Part shown: positions 49,966 to 64,000 of the stretch, one piece after another
How positions within the stretch are numbered: the first letter of the stretch is position 1
Layout: each line of letters opens with the position of its first letter
Source of the DNA: Rhina ancylostomus
Taxonomy: Eukaryota
Length of the DNA: 64,000 bases
NCBI GenBank assembly: GCA_030265395.1
Contig: JARFYF010000052.1
Span: forward strand, 126,748,862 to 126,812,861
Reading direction: 5' to 3'
Made by a program: the position numbers and the translations under genes
The notes under the pieces: model-generated
The model's input: only the letters and a program-made list of their open reading frames with translations
What the model was told of the DNA's origin: nothing
Databases searched by the model: none

Positions 49966-52900
49966 ATCATATTCAATGAGCTACACACTTCAAAATGAAC
50001 TGTTTGAGAGCTGGTCTGGGCTAGCCTCGCCTCTGGTACCTGTCCTAAGTTTCATTCTTTGAGCCCAGGATGATGTTCCCAGTTTGATTATTATCCATTG
50101 TACTGTGATGGAAGCTGGTGAGGACATTCATGGTGGAATAATGGTGGAATAGCCTCCTGACATTCAGCAAAGGGCTTGCACTGAAACCCCTTAAAGTGGG
50201 ATTCGGGATCTTCTGGGATAGCAGGAAAAGAGAAAAATGGTAAAGACTGTGGAAAAGTAATAATGCAAATTCAGATGCAAAGAATATATTAGATTCTTAG
50301 TGAAACAGGGCTGCAGTGTCTCAGTATAGGAAATGCCTTCACCCAGGATAACTTTGTAGTAGCTCTTGTTTGGCTTTTTGCTTTGCATATTAATTAAAGG
50401 AAATACTTCTTGTGCCAAGTCAGGCGAATTTGAATCCTATACTTCTTTGGTGACAATAATCTTCCTGATGCATTTAAGATGTAATGTATATTACTGTTCC
50501 AAGATCAATTATGAAATCCAGAACAGGATCTATCAGGGGTTTGCCACAATACCAACAGTTTGAATTGTGAGAAAAATAATTATAAGTACCTGAAAGCTGC
50601 TACACACGTACAGACAAAGGAACATGCAGAACAATGCAAACATACACAAAACATATACATGCATATACTTCACATATATTACAGAAACAAACTCGTCTCA
50701 TATTTACACCCACTTACATAACACACATACACACCTGCCAGAACAACAGTATACACATATACACAAATACACACACTCATTAATTGACTCATGCTAGATG
50801 CTTCATTCACAGAAGGCATTTTAGATCATTTACATGAAGGTGTTATATTTAATTTTAATTCAAGGCATTAACTCTTAGGTCCATTTCATATAACATGCTG
50901 AAAAGTTTCTTTGCTGGATGATCACTGCTTAAATACCTTGCAGCAGATAGTCCAACCATACTGCAAGACATTCCTCTATGTGCAATTTCAGAGGCATTGA
51001 AATATGTAAACAAATCTTAAGGTGTCTGTCTGCTAATAACATTCACCCATCACTATTTGCAGGTCTGTGGCTCAACTGTTTGCACAGCTTAATCTGCTCC
51101 TGTGATGGTGAAGCTTATTCTGGCACACAATAGCTTTTATTTCAAATGAAATCAGTACAGTAATCTTTCCTTTTATTAGTTGTAGGGATGTGGGTGTCAC
51201 CAGCAACGCTGCCTTTATTACCTAAATGTTGCTACCTTTAGAAAGTAGCTTTCTTTAGAAGTCATTGCAGTCCCAGTGGTGAAAGTGTTCCCTCAGTGAT
51301 GGTAAATACTGAAGTCCTAGGTATGGTGAAGGAAGGCCTATACATAGTGTGTGAGTGGGAGGTGAATTTGAAAATAGTCGTGTTCCTTTGAGGTTGCTGC
51401 TTTCATTCTTCTCAGAGTGGAGACTACAGAAAAATGAATGGTAGTTACCCACAGTGATGTATGTGATGACTGTATGCACTGTTAACTTGCTGGTGTAGAA
51501 AATGGATATTGACTTCATTTTAGCAGCATCTGTCAAAATAACTACCCTGTTCTGAATACTGTTGAGCTCTTTGTATATTATTGAGGGTGGGTCAGTCAGG
51601 TGAAGATAAGACAAAAAGAAATAGGCCAACTGGGCCCTCTAGCCTGATATGAAATTTGACAAGATGACAACAATCTTCTACTTCATTCCCATCAGATCGC
51701 CTTATAGGGTCATAGAGTTGTATTGTGCAAAAATGGGCCCTTCATCCCATCAAATTCATACCTACCTTTTTACCCATTTACACTAATCCTNNNNNNNNNN
51801 NNNNNGAATCCATCTAAATGCCTCTTCAATGTAGAAATTTTATCTGATTCCACCACCTCCTCTGGTCATGCATTCCAGATATCAATTACCCTCTGTGTAA
51901 AATAAAGTTACCCCTAAGATCCCTCTTAAACCTCTCACCTTAGAATTATGATCTCTTGCTTTTGATCCCATTATACCTTGAAAATACTCACTGAGCATTC
52001 TTTGACCTCTGATTTAAAATATTCTGTCTTGTTTGTGACTTCGAAGAGTCAAGAGCTAAGTTACCTGTAACCTCAGTGTTGATGTGGCTGATAGAACTAT
52101 TGTTCAAAGATTATTCACAGAAATATTTTCTGCACACTCTTTAAAGCAGTGGCTTGGACTTGCACTGGTGATCCTGAAATGCCTTGTTCTAGCAAAGATT
52201 AAGGTGCCTTTTCAATGCAAGTGCATCATTTTCTTCTGGATAGTTTAGATTGGATATTGAAACTTGCTTGTTGAATTCATACTAAATACTTCATTATCAA
52301 ACTGATTCCAAAGTTATCACAGAGAATCCACAATGATGGGTCATGTCAGAGAGGATCCATGATGATGGGTTATCTAACTTGATTTATAGCTCTTCTTGGT
52401 TCAGCTGATAATGTGTTCGACACAACTGAGCAATGAGGTATGTTAATGGAAGAGCTGAAACTATCATTACCTTCTGTCATTTCCTTTGGTACTTGAAAGT
52501 TATTGTTTTTTTCTCACTTGTATAACAACCACAAATGAATCACAGTCAAGGGTCATATATTTTCATATATTAAGGGGCACAGTTATCTCACTTTCTTCTA
52601 TTCGTATTTTGAATGGATGAAGATTTTTACCCATAGGGCAAGCAAATAATATTTCACTTCACTAAAGTTGAATAACTTAATTGAATTACATTTTACTTCT
52701 GATGTCATGGTAACATCATTTTAAGGTCATGCTGGTTTCCCAACAGAACGCTCAGTGTTTCTGTGTTGTTAGAAATAACCTAGTGATGCGGTTAATACCA
52801 GTTTATGGCCCTGCATATGTGCTTTTGGTAACACAGTAAGATGTTTTAAATAATTGCTTTTGAAGAAGCCAAAAGACTCAGCTGTTCATTGAACTGAAGG

Positions 52901-53256
52901 TCATTTGGCAACCGCTGCATTTCTAAGGTGTGGAGATGAGTTGTTGGTGGGGAGGAGGGGGGAGCATTTTTCCTGGAACAAAAACTGCAGGAATGAACGG
53001 TCACTTTTTTTTATTGCATTGAGTGCTGCTACAGCTACTATTAATGTAACCATCTGAGATGGGAACATTATGAGATAGCATCATGTTATGCTGTGAAAAG
53101 TGATAGCTCTGCAATATAACCAGCATCAGGCTGCCTTTAGGTCAATCCTTTCTGTCACTTGTGCCTCTCATTGGCTTGTGTTCTAATTCCACTTCTACCC
53201 TTCTTATTTCTGTCATCTTTACCTTAAAAGCTTGCATTACATTCAGTCTTTTTTTT

Positions 53257-53258
<2 letters not shown>

Positions 53259-53292
<34 letters not shown>
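53259..53292. repeat. (TA)n microsatellite
   Basis: Perfect TA run of ~30 bp. Confidence 0.95.
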
Positions 53293-53296
<4 letters not shown>

Positions 53297-53544
53297 AGAA
53301 CAAGCAGTGCAATTCAGTAGTAATGTAAATTGAGGTCAGTATTTATTTCCAACAAGAATCCAAATGATGCATTACAATAAAGATGACCTGTGTATATAAT
53401 TCTACTTAGGCCTATTCCTCTCGGTGTTAGTACTGACGGACAAATAACTTGGCATAAAACTAGACAGTGATGCATCTGCAAAATGTTAGGAGAGCACAGG
53501 TTTTGCAATTGATATTATGCACCCACGGTAGTTTTTTTAAAAGT

Positions 53545-54110
53545 TCATTTTCAGGATATCAATGTTGATGGCAAGCCAGCATTTGTTGTTTATCCCTGAT
53601 CACCTTTGAGCTGAATGACTTTCTCTATGGAACGAGCTGCTGGGCAAGTGGCTGAAACAGGTACAATAACAACATTTACAAGACATTTTGGACAAGTGCA
53701 TGGTTAGGAAAGATTTAGGGGGGCATGGGTCAAATGTGGGCAAATGGGACCAGCTTAGATGGATATCTTGGTTGGCATGGACAAGTTGAGCTGAAGGGCC
53801 TGTTTCTATGTTGTATAACTCTCTGACATGGTCACTTCCAAGGTTGGTTAAATGTCAACCACATTGCTGTGGGTCTGGAGTAACACTTAGATCAGTCCAG
53901 GTAAGCATATCAGATTTCTTTCCCTGAAAAGCATTAATGGACCATATGGGCTTTTAACAACAATCCTATAATGTCATAATCATCATTACTGATGTGATTC
54001 TATTTCAATCAATTTAATTTAAATTCTCAGTCAGGGAGTTGTAGCCATGTCTCAGGATCACTCCTCTGGGCCTCTGTATAATGAGACCATCAGCATAACT
54101 AATCTGCACT
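53545..54110 (-). mobile_element. tRNA-derived SINE interrupted by a + strand CR1 tail (~53625-53825)
   Basis: gcaagccagcattt... continues after the insert as gtcaaccacattgctgtgggtctggagt. The insert reads tggaacgagctgc...aaatgggaccagcttagatgg...gaagggcctgtttc. Confidence 0.7.
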
Positions 54111-55897
54111 AGTCACTGTGATTTGATAAGGGGAAAAATAGACCAGATTCAAAATACAGTAGATTTCTTCATTAATGAAGATGCATCAAAACCAGCACTA
54201 GAACATAGATTATAATATTTTGCAGGAATTTGCATAGATATTGTTACCATTTCCATTAGTCTATGGTCCCTTGGCCACGTGCCTCTCACGAAATGTAAGC
54301 ATTAGAAATGACAGTAGGCCATACAGCTCTTGCTGCCTGCATCGCCATTTAATGAGGTCAAAACTAATCCTGTGCCTCAAGGCATTTTTTCACCTTAATC
54401 CTCATATCCTCTGTGTGATGTCCAAAATTCTCCGCCCTGAATGTAACAGCTCTCTGGGCTGGAGAGTTCCAAAGATTTACAATCCTCAGTAATAAAATTT
54501 CATTCATCTCAACCCCACAAGGCTAGCCCTTATTATTGAACCTACATCTCTTAGTTCTAGGCTCTCCAGCCTGAGGAAATGCCCCCTTGACATCTCCTCC
54601 CTTGACCCTTCTCAGTACCTTGTCTATCTCAATGAGTGTAGTTCAGTCTCACTCAATCTCCACTCAAAATGCCAACATCCCAAGATTCAATCTAGTGAAT
54701 CAACCTGCCCTGACACAAAGCAACAGAATTTCTGGAACATTACTGTTATGTGGTTTTATTCTGCTGCTACTCCTTGTGAGCCCCTCAGATAATGAGAGCT
54801 ACATATTCATTGGTTGTAAGTTGAAACTGAGTGATATAAATTTTATATTGAATAATTGGGCAGTAAATGTGCCTTTTCACAATTGGATACATTTACATTT
54901 CAGCCCCGATTGGAGACCGTAAGTGAAAGAATTGATTCAGGTGAGCAGAAGCTTTATTACATTATTTCAAGTTCTTATTCTAATATGCGCAATAGTGCTA
55001 ACAGTTAAAAGGCAGAATGTTGCTTCAAGATCCATTCTAGAAGCTCCCAGAGGATGTCTGGCTCTGAAGCAACATCAAGCCAGTCGGATAAGAAATTCTA
55101 CTTTGCACAGTGTAAGTTCTTTTAGAAATAAACAGCATTAGCTAGATAAGTTACCAGCTAACCCTCAGTGTTCTAGAATTAAGTTACTGAGATATTTATC
55201 AGCAGAGCGTTCCACTTTGATTGCCAGAGTTTAAATGCTTTTGAGTGTGTTAGTTGTTGCATAGACCATTAAAATTATAAGTTTTTCCATCCCCAGTTTT
55301 TTATAACCCCAGTCAGCCAACTCAGTTTGAGAGCAGCATGAAGACACAAGGGTCCAACATGCAGGAGTCTATTCAGGAGATGAACCTACAGTTACAGACA
55401 TGGATTTTTCCCTCACTCAGGAATTCCTGCTGGATGTGTGGCTGAACTTGCCATTCTATTCCATTGATGATTCCATGCCATTTTCCTAGAGTCAATTCAG
55501 CAACTTGGTGGTCTCACATTTCAGTGGGATTCTGTGGAGAGGGAAGTCTCATGGGGTTACAGCTTAATTTTGGAATATGGGCATATGAATAACCTATTTA
55601 AGCCTAGTGATAGTTAGGCCAATAAATTAGATCTCGGCTAATTCTATCCATCTCTGTACTCTTGCCCAAGCAAAATCTGCAGACCTCAGTTTTAAATTTT
55701 CAGCTGACCCCAGTTCAGCAGTTGTTGCAGGGATTTACTCAACTGCTTGTGTGAAGAAGAGCATTCTGACATCTCCAAATGGCCTGGTTCTAAACTTGAG
55801 GTAACGTACCCTTGATATGGACTCCCCTACTGGAAGGAATAGCTTCTATTAAAACAATTCCTTTAATTATCTTAAATAACTCACTTGGATCATTCCT

Positions 55898-56097
55898 TAG
55901 TCATAGAGCCCCATGGAACAAGCCCTTTGGCCCAACCTGCCTCTGCTGATCAAGGTGCCTACCTGAGCCAATCCCATTTGCCTGTGTTTGGCCTGTATCC
56001 CTCTAAACCTTTTCTATCCATGTACCTGCCCAGATGTCTTTTAAACATTGTAATTGTACCCACCTCTACCATTTCCTCTGGCAGTTTGTTACAGATA
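55898..56097 (-). mobile_element. CR1-type LINE 3' end
   Basis: tagtcatagag...ccctctaaacctttt ctatccatgtacctg, the same family as 8024-8375. Confidence 0.8.
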
Positions 56098-56552
56098 ATG
56101 ACATGCACATTTTCTGTAACCTCCATCCATAATTTTGGCCCCAGGTATCATTCTTCTGAATCTCAACCGCACCTTTTCCAAGTTTACAGAATCAAAGAGA
56201 ATCTATAAATAAGGTCTCCCAGGGCTTTGTGTAAGTGTCAAATAGCATCAGCTTCATTCCAACAAGGAAAAGGCCAACATTATATTGGCTTTTCAATTTT
56301 TAAACATCTGTGCCATGACTTGTGTTAATTCCTGAAGTGAATCCCAAAATCTTTGTGATCCTCCTTAGTTTCTACCTTTTACACCATTTTGTAAATTGAT
56401 CAAAGTGGATGATTTCATGATTCCCTTACATGGCACTCCCTCTGCCACTGATTTTTGCTGTCATGCAATTTATCTTTTGAACTTTCTGCTCCTGCTCAGT
56501 TTTTACTGTGGTAACTGTGTTGACATCATCACCAATTTTGGACTTGCAGTTC

Positions 56553-56592
56553 TGAGAGAGAGCGAGAGAGCGAGAGAGCGAGAGAGAGAGAG
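56553..56592. repeat. (GA)n/(GAGAGC)n microsatellite
   Basis: gagagagagcgagagagcgagagagcgagagagagagaga. Confidence 0.9.
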
Positions 56593-56867
56593 ATGTTGTT
56601 CTTATTCAGAATCAGGGCCTTTCACGGGCCTACACGTGGCTTATGAGCCAAATTTTCTGGGTGCAAGCCCATAGGCAGATGTTGTTTGCATTGGTCAAGG
56701 GAGGCTTGCCTGTGTTCTGTCATTCCTTTTCCTTTTGCTGTCTCTTCTCTTTTCACTGCCTGTGAAAAGTGATGCTCTTCAGCGGGAGGATCCCCCGTAC
56801 AGATGTTACCATCAAAGTGATTACTTCATTGCTTGAACTTCCTATCTTTAAGTATTTGTGACAAATG

Positions 56868-57149
56868 TATTGGTTTATTATTGTCACATGTACTGAGGTA
56901 CAGTGAAAAGCTTGTCTTACAAACCGATCGTACAGGTCAATTCATTACACAGGTTAAAAAAAACAATAACAGCATAGAGTAAAGTGTCACAGCTACAGAG
57001 AAAGTGCAGTGCAATAAGGTGCAAGGTCACAACAAGCTAGGTCATGAGGTCATAGTCCATCTCATTGAATAGGGGAACCATTCAATAGTCTTGTCACAGT
57101 GGGGTAGAAGCTGTCCTTAAGTCTGGTGGTACGTGCCCTCAGGCTCCTG
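56868..57149 (-). mobile_element. Relatively young Rex1/Babar-type LINE 3' end
   Basis: attggtttattattgtcacatgtactgaggtacagtgaaaagcttgtc..., running into a 100-N gap. Confidence 0.75.
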
Positions 57150-58239
57150 NNNNNNNNNNNNNNNNNNNNNNNNNNNNNNNNNNNNNNNNNNNNNNNNNNN
57201 NNNNNNNNNNNNNNNNNNNNNNNNNNNNNNNNNNNNNNNNNNNNNNNNNATACATTTTGCCATTCTATCTTTCTGAGGTTCAGTGGCTGTGCCCGGAAAT
57301 TATCCTTGTTCTGATTAGATCCTGTATACTGCAGATCTAGACCATAAAAGAAAACATTGGGAAATGTAACTGAAAGTCACGCGGAGATCATCTTAAACTC
57401 CTGTGTTCTAATTACTGGAAGATATTGACTAGTTTATATACTACTTTACCATTTTCAAAATATTTGCTGTTTAGCACATTTATGTTACTCTGAAATTGTG
57501 AAATTATCTGTAATAATTTTATTAAATATCTTTATTATCTCACTTTTTTCAATAATGTGCTGAGATTTTGCACAATGAGGACTATAAGCCTTAGGGGAAT
57601 GTTGTACATATAGTCATATTTTCCATTTCCATCCAATCATTGTCATTTGGTTTGATTACAAAAATAAATATTTAACATACTTAAATGTACCATATCATTT
57701 AGAGTACTATTTTTACATTATAAGAACATTTCTGTTTGCTATTATTTGTTTAGGCATGGAAGCAAACATCAAACAGAATTATTTTGGTTTTCAAAATAAA
57801 CTGAAACAATCTACATTTTTCCAAATGCTTATTTTTTCCAATGGCTAATATTTTTAGGAAATAGACTATTTTGATAATTACATTGCATTTTACAAGCTCT
57901 TAACATTTTAAGGCATTGATTCCTTGTTGGAAGTCAGGGTCCAGGAACTAGGCCCCTTATTTTCAGCAAAAGACATAATGGTTTGTAATATATACTAAGG
58001 AATAGTGGAGTGATAATTGTAATTGAAGATTGTAAATTATTTCCTTGGGTTGTATATCTCGGAGGGGAGTAAAGACTCAGATACCTTTCATGAAATTCGA
58101 ATGTTAAACCTGGGCATAAACTGGATTTATAAAATAAAAATGTATAATTTGACATAAAAGCAGATTAATTTACCTAGTTGCATGGCCAAAATCTCTTCCT
58201 CAACCATAATCAAATTGGCCAGCCATTTAGAGACATAAA

Positions 58240-58850
58240 TCATTGAGTCATTAAGCATAGAAACAGGCCATTTGGCCCACTTCACCAACCTGACCAGTGG
58301 CTGTTCATCTGCTTTAATCCCATCTCCCAACATGGTCCATGACCTTCAATGCAGAGATGATTCAAATGCTTGTCTCAATCTATTACCCTTTCCCTATATA
58401 TATGTCTTCTAGTTTTATTCACTTCTGATAAGAGGAAAAGATTCCTGCAGCCTACCATGTCTATATCCCTCATAATTCTATATACCTCACTCATGTCCTC
58501 TCTTAACCTCTTCCGCTCCAGGGAAAATAGATCTAGCCTTTCCAGTCTCTTTTCATAAGTAAAACACTTCCTGGTGAATCTCTTCTGCACCCTCTCCAGC
58601 ACTCTCATATTTGTCTTATAGTGTGGTGACCAGAAATGCACTCAGTACTCCAGCTCAGGTCTGACCAATGTTTTGCAAAGTTGGAACATAACTGCCCTAT
58701 TCATGTATTCACTGCCTTGATTAATGAAGGCCTGTTATCTACCTGTGCTGCCGTCTTCAAGGATCTTTAGACTCACACACCAAGGTCCTTCTGTTCCTCA
58801 ATACTCCCTCGAACCATTCATGGTATATGTTGTGACCTCATTAGTACTGC
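58240..58850 (-). mobile_element. CR1-type LINE fragment
   Basis: Minus ORF 58375-58641: HFWSPHYK..RVLERVQKRFTR...YEKRLERLDLFSLERKRLREDMSEVYRIMR. Confidence 0.9.
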
Positions 58851-61800
58851 CAAAGAGCATGCAGATGCATTTCAAAATATATGAGTTTATGAGATCAGAG
58901 ACAGAATTGTATTGTTATTCCACAGGGAGCAATTGAAAAGTAAATTGTTAAAGAAAATGAGCAAGTCTGAGTTAACAGACATCCCAAGAGTTCAAGAAGA
59001 ATACAAGATTTTGGTTGCATGCTTGAAGGTCGTCTTGTTGAAGTCCCATAGTGTAACACAAGTTAAAAACATAAGCAAAATATATTGTCTTACAGGACAC
59101 TTCACAGTAAAATAAAAGGAGTAAATATTCCAGGACAGGTTAACAAGTTACAAAAAGAGGGCATAAATTGACAGGAGCACATTGCTGTTTCAGCAGTCAG
59201 TTGCTGTGGGAGTAGGAAGTACTAATAAGAGGAACAATTACTAGAATGAAGTATCCAGTTACAACAGAGAATGCCAGGTTATGCAATGAGTTGGAAGAAA
59301 CTTGGGGGCCTTGAGAATCTGTCTCCCAACCTGCAGGAGATTTTTTACTCTTCTCAGAAAATATGACCGTGCATTCGAGCCATCTTAACCTCAAAAGGAT
59401 GCAGAATTTTTAAATCCTCAGAGTGAAAAGAGAAATGGATTGAGGAGGCCTGACTGAGAGTGTAGTTGTAGATGCTGAAATCACTTCATACTTTGCACAG
59501 AACACTGGAAAGAAGAGTATTGATTTTCACCAAGTCCAAGCAGTATCAACCTGACTCCCACAGAGAGCTCAGTTGCTTTTTACAAACTCCACAGCAACTT
59601 CTAGCACACAAGGGGAGTGTGAAAACACCTTCGGTGTCAGAGACTTTAAGGAACTTTTTTTGAATGGGCTCCATCTCCCACACACTGCACATTTCTATCG
59701 CTAAAAACGTGCCCTGGTTCAAAATGGTCACCTGCATTAACCCTTCTTCAAAGCAAGTCGATGCCAGTATTCCCAGAGGAATATAGCAGTCACCTAGGCT
59801 CTACTACTCAGACTGAGACCAGGATCATTCAAATGGTAACAATGAAAGTCTGCTGGAATCACACCAGTGAGTACACCAGAATAAACAGATGGGCAAAATG
59901 CTGAGACGGAACACTCCCCCCCCCCCCCGAATTATCCTGGGATTCAGAGCATTGCTGCAAGGCCTTCACTCCAACAGGAACCAGCCAAAGCCACAAACTC
60001 TTCTACCTCATCAAACAACATAAGCAACGATGGGCTAAGGATTCCCTTTAAAGTAGGTGATGGATGCCGCTGAAGTCAATGTAAAGGGTGGACATACAGG
60101 GAAAATGTACTCCTTGGCCTTTTTTTCTTATTTCTTGTGTCTTCATTTTTATTTCTTTGCCTCTGATGTTCAATGAGTTCAGATCATTTCTCAGGTGAAC
60201 CCATCCAACTTTTTTTCAAGAGGGAGATGTGCCCAAATGCTCCAGTCTGCCCTGGGAGATCCACTTTTGTGACCACATTGTCCAAGCAAGCATTAGGAAG
60301 TTGGTCCCATTAGTCAGCCAGAACCGATGCAGAGCTCCAGCTACATTGTTCAGGTACATTCCCATTTTGCATATGACTCCAGAAATGATGTGCAGTTAAT
60401 CTTAATGACTCAGGGATTACTTCACTTTAAGCTGTCCGTTTGCTTGTTAGGTGCACACATAAACCACCCCGCCGTGGCCATGGATGAAATTAGTGCAGGT
60501 TCCTTGCACAGTCTCATTTTCAGTGAGTGTTTTTGTCTGTTGGGATTATTTCTTGGGCATTGAGGAAAGTTTAGTGACTCAACTGCAAAACCCAGAAATC
60601 ATGACTTTTAATTCCATCATGACAGGTGAGAAATTGACTTCAGTAAAGTGATTTGAGGGTTAACCCAGATAAGCTGATCACATAGAATACCCAGTCATCA
60701 TACCAATGTCCACCAGTGATGGAACCTGCCACCTTCGCTGCTCTACACACAATACTTGTCTTATGTCATTGTTGTTAACTCAGTACACAGCAATGAGGAA
60801 CAGACAATAAGTAGAACCTTCACATCAGCATCCACATCCTGAGAATATTTATTAATAAAATAATTTGTCATATCTACTGGGATTGTGAACTACTTTATAC
60901 CTGATAACTTTTAACATACAAATTCTTTCTGCCCTTAGTAATTCTGCATTTGATAGACTGGAAGATGCCTGTGCGTCATTTCTTTTAANNNNNNNNNNGA
61001 GCTCCTGCAAGATCTTGACCAAACAAAGTCCTGATCATTGGCCAGGTGTCCAGGACAACTGGAAACCTGAAGACCAGGTTCTGCAGCCAAACCTGTGCAC
61101 ACACACATACACACGTGCACATGTACACACACATTTTAAGCACATTGCCACATTGTAAGCATACGTTGACACTCTCTGACCACGCACCCATGGGTGTTTT
61201 GTCTTGTCCACATCCTCAGTCAAACTTCTCACTCTGATTCCTTACTTGCTTCAGTCTCCCTGCCTCTGATGCCCCCTGCTAAATATCTCCCATAATGGCC
61301 TCCCACTCAGCTCGCTCTGCTTCACATCTCTTGCCCTCTTTGCCCCTTCGTTTTCCTCTAAAACCTCCATTCTCCCCACATCCACCTTGAGCGCAGCCTC
61401 ACCCATGTCTCCCAGCTGCCAGTAGCTCATTGTGCCAAACGGAGGCTACTCCCAACTCGCTTCTTTCAGGGCCACTCGCTCACCGGTTGCTGAGTATCCT
61501 TCCTCATGCTTTCTTTGCTACCCTCAGCCCTCTGACTCCCACCCTGTCCCTGCACTCCTGGGCCCTCTGACTCCCACCCTGTCTGTAAACTCATGGCAAT
61601 CTCTGTTCTGTAGTCTGCCCTTAAACCCATGGGATCCGGAAGGACTTTAGTTGTTTGAGAAGGCTGCTCACCATCACCATTTTGAGGGAAATGATAAAAA
61701 CACTGACTTTGCCAGTGACGTCCCCATTCCGAAAATGAACAAAGCAAAATCGAGAACAGGAAAGGAGAGAAAAATCTTTAGATTAAGAGAGAGAATGAAG

Positions 61801-62389
61801 GCAGAGAAATATTTTTTAAAAATTCAATATTTAAAAAAAATTCTAGCATTAAAATCTGAAGTGAGTGAGCCTGGAGAATTGTCGGAGTAAATCTTCAATA
61901 CCTTATATGCTTATTACAAGTCAGAAGAAGGCCAGTTGGCTCATTGGGTCCATACTATCTCTCATTGGACCAATCCTATCTGTCCCATTCCCATCTTCTT
62001 ATTAGCACTGCAGCTTGTTCTCTCTCACACACCCATTAACTCCCATATCATTTGCCAATTACCAACACTAGGAGGTAAATTACAGCCACTGATTACGTGG
62101 GTTGCTTAGCAGCAATCACATTTAATACATGAATGATGGCAGTTCTCCCAGGGACATTTTGTGTGGTGAACAAGCCACTGGGTCCATTGCAGTGCTATAA
62201 GGACAACTGGGAGTGCAATATGAAGAAGGTGGCACTGACAGAGACGGCACTGAGTCTTGGGACCTGTGGACCCCTAGTGTTCAGGAGGCCGAGGAAGAGA
62301 TGAGGAAAGGCAGAAAACTAAGCTGATTGAGAACAGGCTGGCAAACCCCTCAACTTCCCAGCCCACAGCCTTCATCAGCAATGAGTGTG

Positions 62390-62722
62390 TTAAAATGATG
62401 AATGTCCTGGATAGACAAAATAGGAAGGAGTGGCTTCCCTTAGGTGAGGGGTCAAATTACTGGGATTAGAGAGTTAAAGTAATTGATAGAAGCATTAGAG
62501 GGGAGATGAGGACAAATATTTTCACCCTGAGCGATCTGGAACTAGTTGCCTGAAAGGGTGATACAGGCATCATGCTTAAACAGTACTTGCACGTGTACTT
62601 GAGACGTGAGCTGTAGGGCACGGACCCAGTGCTGGAAAGTGGGATTAGGCTAGGGAGCTCTTTTATGACCAACATGCACACAATGGGCTGAATGGTCTCC
62701 TTCTATGTTGTAAACTTTCAAT
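62390..62722 (+). mobile_element. CR1-type LINE 3' end
   Basis: ttagaggggagatgaggacaaatattttcaccctgag...atgggctgaatggtctccttctatgttgtaaac. Confidence 0.75.
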
Positions 62723-64000
62723 GATCTCACATCACATCATTAAAGCAATATTTTAGCTTGAAATTACTCGACATTCCATTTGTGTTTAGTATATACTTGC
62801 TGAGCAAACAGAGTGTGGGTGGTGAGATTCATTCCTGCAGTACAACAGGTTTGTGTGCCACGTGGATAAATTTCTACTAAGTTCCTGTAGCTAAATGAGA
62901 CCAGTCCCTGTGTATGCATAAATTGGACTGGGATCTTCACTGATGATCATACCCATGCAGGATGCTGACCATGTTCATACTCAAACCAGACGCTACAAAC
63001 ATCTAAACTTCACTTGCACAGAGTTCTTTTGTGCATTTGAGGCATGTGAATGGTGTGATCACTCACATTTAAGCACTCTGATTAAAAGAGTGTTGGGTGA
63101 GTTGTGAAGCCTCTGTCAACCTGAAGGTAGGTTCTTTGTTAAATATGTTTCTTGGCTTTTATTCCAACCCCACAAAAATAACACCCTCGTCCCTTCAATG
63201 TTTCTAAGGCCCTTGATTGCAATCATACAAATCCCTACCAACCCCGCCCCTCTGCCCCCCACCCCCAATTACTGAGCTGGGGTGTCCAGTTACCATCTGA
63301 TCTGGAAGACAGAACACCTCTCTATGCAGGACTCCCTCAGTACTGGAGTGCTGGCTGGCTTTTGTACCGATCCCTCCAATATGACAAGTCTCCACACAGG
63401 ATGAAACTCCATTCGCATGCCTTTTGATGAGAATATCCGATACTTTGAAATAAAACAGGGCAGTATTTAAGCAAAATCTGGTTCATCTTTCAAGGAGCCT
63501 AAATACAGATCAGCAGCTGAAAGCAAGCACTTGTCAGCTGAACGGGTGTACCAGACAAATTAATTTCTGGACGGGTATGCTGAGCTTTGTGATATTGAGT
63601 TATTGATGAGCCTGCCCTTTTAATTCTGTACTGCTTATGGTAACAGTTCCCCTCTGGACTCTTAAGAACTGTCACTGTTACAGCACTGAGATACATGGGC
63701 TGCAGACTTCAGTTAGTAGGGAGAGAACCATAAAAGAAAGGATTGATGGGGAAAGGTGATAGTGGAATTGCCTTAAATATACTACATGTTATTTTATTAA
63801 CCTGCATTAAGTAACATTTTTCTCCTATAAATTAAAACCATAAATACCAAATTGTGTAGACAGCACAGAATGCTTGCTCTCATGTAGAGCAGGCCATACT
63901 CTGATCCAGAATGATAACAGGCATTTAAAACAATTGCTTGCATTCAGTAGATGGAGGGAGCACTGCACAGGGTTTCGATCTGAGGATCGGGAGCTGCACT

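Noticed and set aside
59200-61900. Compositionally odd, pyrimidine-rich and ORF-dotted region
   Set aside because: No domain or terminal structure could be recognised; probably very old transposon debris, and no call can be supported.

Overview
Eukaryotic (vertebrate) genomic DNA from a fragmented assembly with many N gaps. The repeat landscape (V-SINEs, Deu-SINEs, CR1, Rex/Babar, Penelope-type remnants) points to a cartilaginous fish, probably a ray or relative; this is inference. The only protein-coding gene is NKX6-1 (+ strand). Its three coding exons are 33757-34381, 34954-35126 and 36522-36764, giving about 346 aa with an eh1 motif, an NK6 homeodomain and an acidic C-terminal domain. The gene sits in an approximately 15 kb domain (~26-41.5 kb) that looks CpG-retaining and almost free of transposons, flanked by CpG-depleted, repeat-rich gene desert with several unique, motif-dense blocks that look like enhancers. 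No prokaryotic-type system (CRISPR etc.) is present, and almost all ORFs in the six-frame track are noise or decayed transposons. The items most worth follow-up are: (1) hammerhead-ribozyme motifs in Penelope-derived short elements, two of which have fold-back architecture; (2) an isolated 72-bp imperfect palindrome at 18069-18140; (3) the promoter motif cluster and three putative uORFs; (4) distinctive poly-Gly/poly-Ala tracts in NKX6-1; (5) a young TG-initiated element present twice. All family calls are from motif recognition by eye, no database searches were run, and repeat boundaries are approximate.
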